From contig NC_042999.1 in assembly GCF_006345805.1 (NCBI RefSeq), forward strand, positions 136,896,001-136,960,000: a DNA stretch of 64,000 nucleotides, in the 5' to 3' direction. Below, piece after piece: positions 63,110 to 64,000 of the stretch. Each line of letters begins with the position of its first letter. Position 1 is the stretch's first letter. The position numbers and the translations under genes were made by a program. The stretch is from Octopus sinensis (Eukaryota). The notes below the pieces were generated by a model. That model saw only the letters and a list, made by a program, of their open reading frames with translations, had not been told where the DNA came from and ran no database searches.

Positions 63110-63322
63110 ATGTGACCGCATGTGTACCGTTGGCGATTTTTTTTTTTTCCTCCGTCTTCCCTTCTCTGGATCTTTCCTTCTCCTATGTTACTGACGAAGA
63201 GCTCCGCTCGAAACGTAAACCCTCCTTCTTTCCTCCCTTCCTGAGCATCCAATAATACTATATTTGTTCCATGTCCTCGCGTTGTTGTGTTTTCTCTTTG
63301 TGTTTTCATGTTTGGATTAACT
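63110..63322 (+). mobile_element. Short hammerhead-bearing element (PLE pLTR/retrozyme-like)
   Basis: Homologous to 49066-49280; flanked by (TA)n. Confidence 0.75.
63187..63220 (+). ncRNA. Minimal hammerhead ribozyme motif
   Basis: gtta-CTGACGA-a-gagc-tcc-gctc-GAAA-CGTA-aac: all core nucleotides present, stem II perfect, stem I damaged. Confidence 0.7.
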
Positions 63323-63352
63323 ATATATATATATATATGTGTGTGTGTGTGG

Positions 63353-63384
<32 letters not shown>

Positions 63385-63509
63385 GAGGTTGTCAAGTACG
63401 AAATTTGTAGAAAAAAGAAAGTTTGCTAATGTTTTATAAATACAAGGAATAGTTATATTCATCGAAGTATGCTGTCAAAGTTTACCTTACTACAAATTTC
63501 ATCTTGATG

Positions 63510-63570
<61 letters not shown>

Positions 63571-63571
<1 letters not shown>

Positions 63572-63962
63572 CTTTATATATAAAAGTCAAGTTGTGTGTC
63601 TGTCTCCTACGATTTAGATTCCTAACTACTCCCACATTTTGCGGTGCAGTTTAACCAAAACCAGGTATCTTATAGTTGTGATTCATATCTGGGTATTAGT
63701 GTGCGTCTACAATGAGTCTACGATTTAAAAAAAAATTTACCATCATTTTTTTTCCATTTTAATGCATTTTTTCGCTATTATATAAGGGAAGTAACTCTCT
63801 AAAAATGTCTACGATGAGTCAACGATTTTTAAAAAAATTTACCATAATTTTTTTTTTCCATTTTTAATGCATGTTTTTGCTATTTTTTGGCTATAACTCT
63901 CTAAAAATGCTTATATAGTTATTTCCCTTACAAACCCGAGCATCGCCGGGCGATACTGCTAG
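63571..63962 (+). mobile_element. Non-autonomous Helitron (family H1)
   Basis: A|TCtttatata start, cccg-agcatcgc-cggg hairpin, CTAG|T end; inverted copy of 31067-31449. Confidence 0.88.
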
Positions 63963-64000
63963 TATATATATATATAGAACAAGTAGTAAGATAAATTTTA

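Overview
AT-rich, microsatellite-dense animal genomic DNA. The repeat families and (AT)n/(GT)n load point to an octopod cephalopod (inference from recalled repeat sequences, no search run). I find no intact protein-coding gene: the long ORFs in the track are microsatellite read-throughs or decayed transposon frames, so the window is probably intronic or intergenic. It holds a layered TE record: many tRNA-derived SINE copies of at least two families; RTE, CR1-group and HERO-like (restriction-like endonuclease) LINE remnants; a Penelope-like remnant; mariner and Tc1 transposase pseudogenes; hAT, piggyBac and Tigger-like MITE pieces; and several non-autonomous Helitrons (5'-TC...hairpin-CTAG-3'). 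Highlights: (1) four minimal hammerhead-ribozyme motifs from three short element families, one fused behind a tRNA-like Pol III head and capped by a perfect 50-bp palindrome, another inside a Penelope remnant with an inverted terminal duplication; (2) a full-length U6 snRNA retrocopy joined to a SINE 3' tail (U6 chimera); (3) head-to-tail Helitrons with shared ends but different cargo; (4) a hAT MITE with a perfect 8-bp TSD carrying a mariner fragment, nested in another repeat. A few splice-signal-only exon candidates are flagged at low confidence. All family assignments are by eye and need Dfam/Repbase/Infernal confirmation; many old-repeat boundaries are approximate.
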